Part shown: piece after piece, positions 62,021-64,000 of the stretch
Numbering within the stretch: the stretch's first letter is position 1
Layout of the letters: the number at the start of each line of letters is the position of its first letter
Assembly (NCBI GenBank): GCA_963716745.1
Contig: OY970320.1
Location: 32,001 to 96,000, forward strand
Length of the DNA stretch: 64,000 nt
DNA from: an uncultured Gemmatimonadaceae bacterium
Lineage (GTDB): Bacteria; Gemmatimonadota; Gemmatimonadetes; Gemmatimonadales; Gemmatimonadaceae
Direction: 5' to 3'
Made by a program: the position numbers and the translations under genes
The notes under the pieces: model-generated
What the model was told of the DNA's origin: nothing
Database searches by the model: none
What the model saw: only the letters and a program-made list of their open reading frames with translations

Positions 62021-63660
62021 CCCCGCGCGATACGATCCATGCCGCGTTGGTGAAGGCGGCGCGCGCGCTCGGCGCGCCGGAGCCCATCGATCCGCTCATG
62101 GAGCGCCCGCGCGACGCGGCGCACGGGCATTGGTCCAGCAACGTCGCGATGACGCTCGCGAAACCGCTGCGCCGCAAGCCGCGCGAACTCGCCGACGCGA
62201 TCGTCGCGTCCCTCGATCTCGCGGCGGCCGGCGTGGAGAAGGTGGAGATCGCCGGCCCGGGCTTCATCAATTTCCACCTCGTGCCCGCGGCCAATGCGAG
62301 CGGCCTCGCCGAGCTCATCGCGGATGGCGATCGCTACGGCCATTCGGTGAACGGCGCCGGGAAGCCCGTGAACGTGGAGTTCGTGAGCGCGAATCCCACG
62401 GGGCCTCTGCATGTGGGCCACGGACGCCAGGCCGCGCTCGGCGACGCGATCTCGCGTCTGCTCGAGAGCGCCGGCTGGAAAGTGTCGCGCGAGTACTACT
62501 ACAACGACGCCGGCGTCCAGATCGCGAATCTCGGACTGAGCGTGCAGGCGCGCATCGCGCAGGCAGCCGGCCGCGATGTGGCCGTGCCGGAGGGCGGTTA
62601 CCAGGGCGAATACGTCGCGGAGATCGCCGCACGCTACGTCGCGGCGCATGCCGCCGACGCGGCCGGCGCCGACGCCGCCGCGATCACCGCGTTCGCTGTC
62701 GCGGAGCTGCGCAAGGAACAGGATCTGGACCTCCAGGCGTTCGGCATCGCCTTCGACACCTACTTCCTCGAGAGTTCGCTCTACTCGGGCGGCCAGGTGG
62801 AGCAGACGGTGAAGGCGCTCGTGGACGCGGGCCATACGTACGCGCACGACGGCGCCGTGTGGCTGCGCACCACGCAGTTCGGCGACGACAAGGACCGCGT
62901 GATGCGCAAGAAGGACGGCACGTACACGTACTTCCTGCCCGACGTCGCTTATCACGTCACCAAGTGGCGCCGCGGCTTCAAACGCGCGATCGATGTCCAG
63001 GGCTCCGATCACCACAGCACGGTCACGCGCGTGCGCGCCGGGCTGCAGGCGCTCGCGCTCGGCATCCCGCCGGGTTATCCCGAATACGTGCTGCACCAGA
63101 TGGTGACGTTGATGCGCGGCGGCGAAGAGGTGAAGTTCTCCAAGCGGTCGGGGAACATTGTGACGGTGCGCGAGCTGATCGACGAGGTCGGCCGCGACGC
63201 GACCCGGTATTTCTTCCTGATGCGCAAGGCGGATTCCTCGCTCGTGTTCGATATCGACCTCGCTCGCTCGCAATCGGAGGACAATCCCGTGTACTACGTG
63301 CAGATGGCGCACGCGCGCATGTCGGGCATCTTCCGCGCGGGCGCGATCGCGCCCGAGTCCGTCACCGGCGTTGGCGTGGACCTCGGCGTGCTTGCCGCGC
63401 CCGAAGAGCAGGCGCTCATCGCGGCGCTGCTCGATTTCCCCGATCTCGTGTCGGGCGCCGTCGGCGCGCTCGAGCCGCACCGCATCGCCGGGTATCTCCA
63501 CGACACGGCCGCGCTCGTGCATGCGTGGTATCACAAGCACCACGTGCTCGACGAACCCGAGCCGGTCACGCGCGCCCGCCTCGTGCTCGCGCGCGCCGCG
63601 CGCCAGGTGCTCCACAACGGCCTCGCGCTGCTCGGCATCTCGGCCCCGGATCGCATGTGA
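62017..63660 (+). CDS. argS: Arginine--tRNA ligase
   Basis: AGPGFINF, EFVSANPTGPLHVGH, SKRSG, NPVYYVQMAHAR, C-terminal PDRM. Confidence 0.97.
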   Translation: MTPRDTIHAALVKAARALGAPEPIDPLMERPRDAAHGHWSSNVAMTLAKPLRRKPRELADAIVASLDLAAAGVEKVEIAGPGFINFHLVPAANASGLAELIADGDRYGHSVNGAGKPVNVEFVSANPTGPLHVGHGRQAALGDAISRLLESAGWKVSREYYYNDAGVQIANLGLSVQARIAQAAGRDVAVPEGGYQGEYVAEIAARYVAAHAADAAGADAAAITAFAVAELRKEQDLDLQAFGIAFDTYFLESSLYSGGQVEQTVKALVDAGHTYAHDGAVWLRTTQFGDDKDRVMRKKDGTYTYFLPDVAYHVTKWRRGFKRAIDVQGSDHHSTVTRVRAGLQALALGIPPGYPEYVLHQMVTLMRGGEEVKFSKRSGNIVTVRELIDEVGRDATRYFFLMRKADSSLVFDIDLARSQSEDNPVYYVQMAHARMSGIFRAGAIAPESVTGVGVDLGVLAAPEEQALIAALLDFPDLVSGAVGALEPHRIAGYLHDTAALVHAWYHKHHVLDEPEPVTRARLVLARAARQVLHNGLALLGISAPDRM

Positions 63661-64000
63661 CGGTGCTCGTCGTGGGATCGGTGGCGCTCGATTCGGTCGA
63701 GACGCCCTTCGGCCGCGCCGACAACGTGCTCGGCGGTTCGGCCACTTTCTTCGCCGCCTCCGCGAGTCACTTCGCGCCGGTGCAGCTCGTGGGCGTCGTG
63801 GGTGCCGACTTCCCGCTCGACCAACTCAAGCCCCTCGAGCAGCGCGGCGTGGACCTGGGCGGGCTCGAGCACGCCGAGGGCGAAAGCTTCCGCTGGCGCG
63901 GCCGTTACCGCCACGACCTGAACACGGCGGAGACGCTCGAGACGCGGCTCGGCGTGTTCTCGCATTTCCGGCCGAAGATCCCGCCACAATTCCGCCGCGC
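63657..64000 (+). CDS. PfkB-family sugar/nucleoside kinase (3'-truncated by window)
   Basis: Translated by hand from GTG 63657: MTVLVVGSVALDSVETPFG..NVLGGSA...VGVVGADFP; no stop seen. Confidence 0.8.
   Translation, partial: MTVLVVGSVALDSVETPFGRADNVLGGSATFFAASASHFAPVQLVGVVGADFPLDQLKPLEQRGVDLGGLEHAEGESFRWRGRYRHDLNTAETLETRLGVFSHFRPKIPPQFRR

Overview
A very GC-rich (~70% by eye), gene-dense bacterial core-genome segment. Nearly every gene is on the + strand; mazG is the only convincing - strand gene. Gene content and order suggest Gemmatimonadota (inference, not checked). Gene order: (1) 3' end of ileS, then dksA-like, lspA and a RluA-family synthase. (2) Directly abutting, a ~17.5 kb signalling operon. 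It has chemosensory genes at both ends (cheW-Y-A-C ... cheR-D-B-W-W; no chemoreceptor or flagellar gene in the window). These enclose TPR proteins, two DUF4388-like proteins with MshEN-like c-di-GMP motifs, three roadblock/MglB-like domains, an MglA-type GTPase, and a protein made of two tandem DnaA AAA+ modules with no DNA-binding domain. (3) tRNA-Val(TAC). (4) A dcw cluster, rsmH to ftsZ; the ftsA-ftsZ spacer holds a 49-bp inverted repeat and a DnaA-box cluster. (5) ftsY, recG, asnS, mazG, alr, deoB, cdd, a lipoprotein/beta-barrel pair, a hybrid kinase, mtaB, miaB, a ComFB-like gene, comEC, fbp, methylmalonyl-CoA mutase, an FmdB-like gene, argS and a partial PfkB kinase. About 14 frameshifts, many in essential genes, look like sequencing indels and create two spurious gene fusions. 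No CRISPR array, transposase, integrase or rRNA was seen. All calls come from motif recognition by eye; no searches were run.
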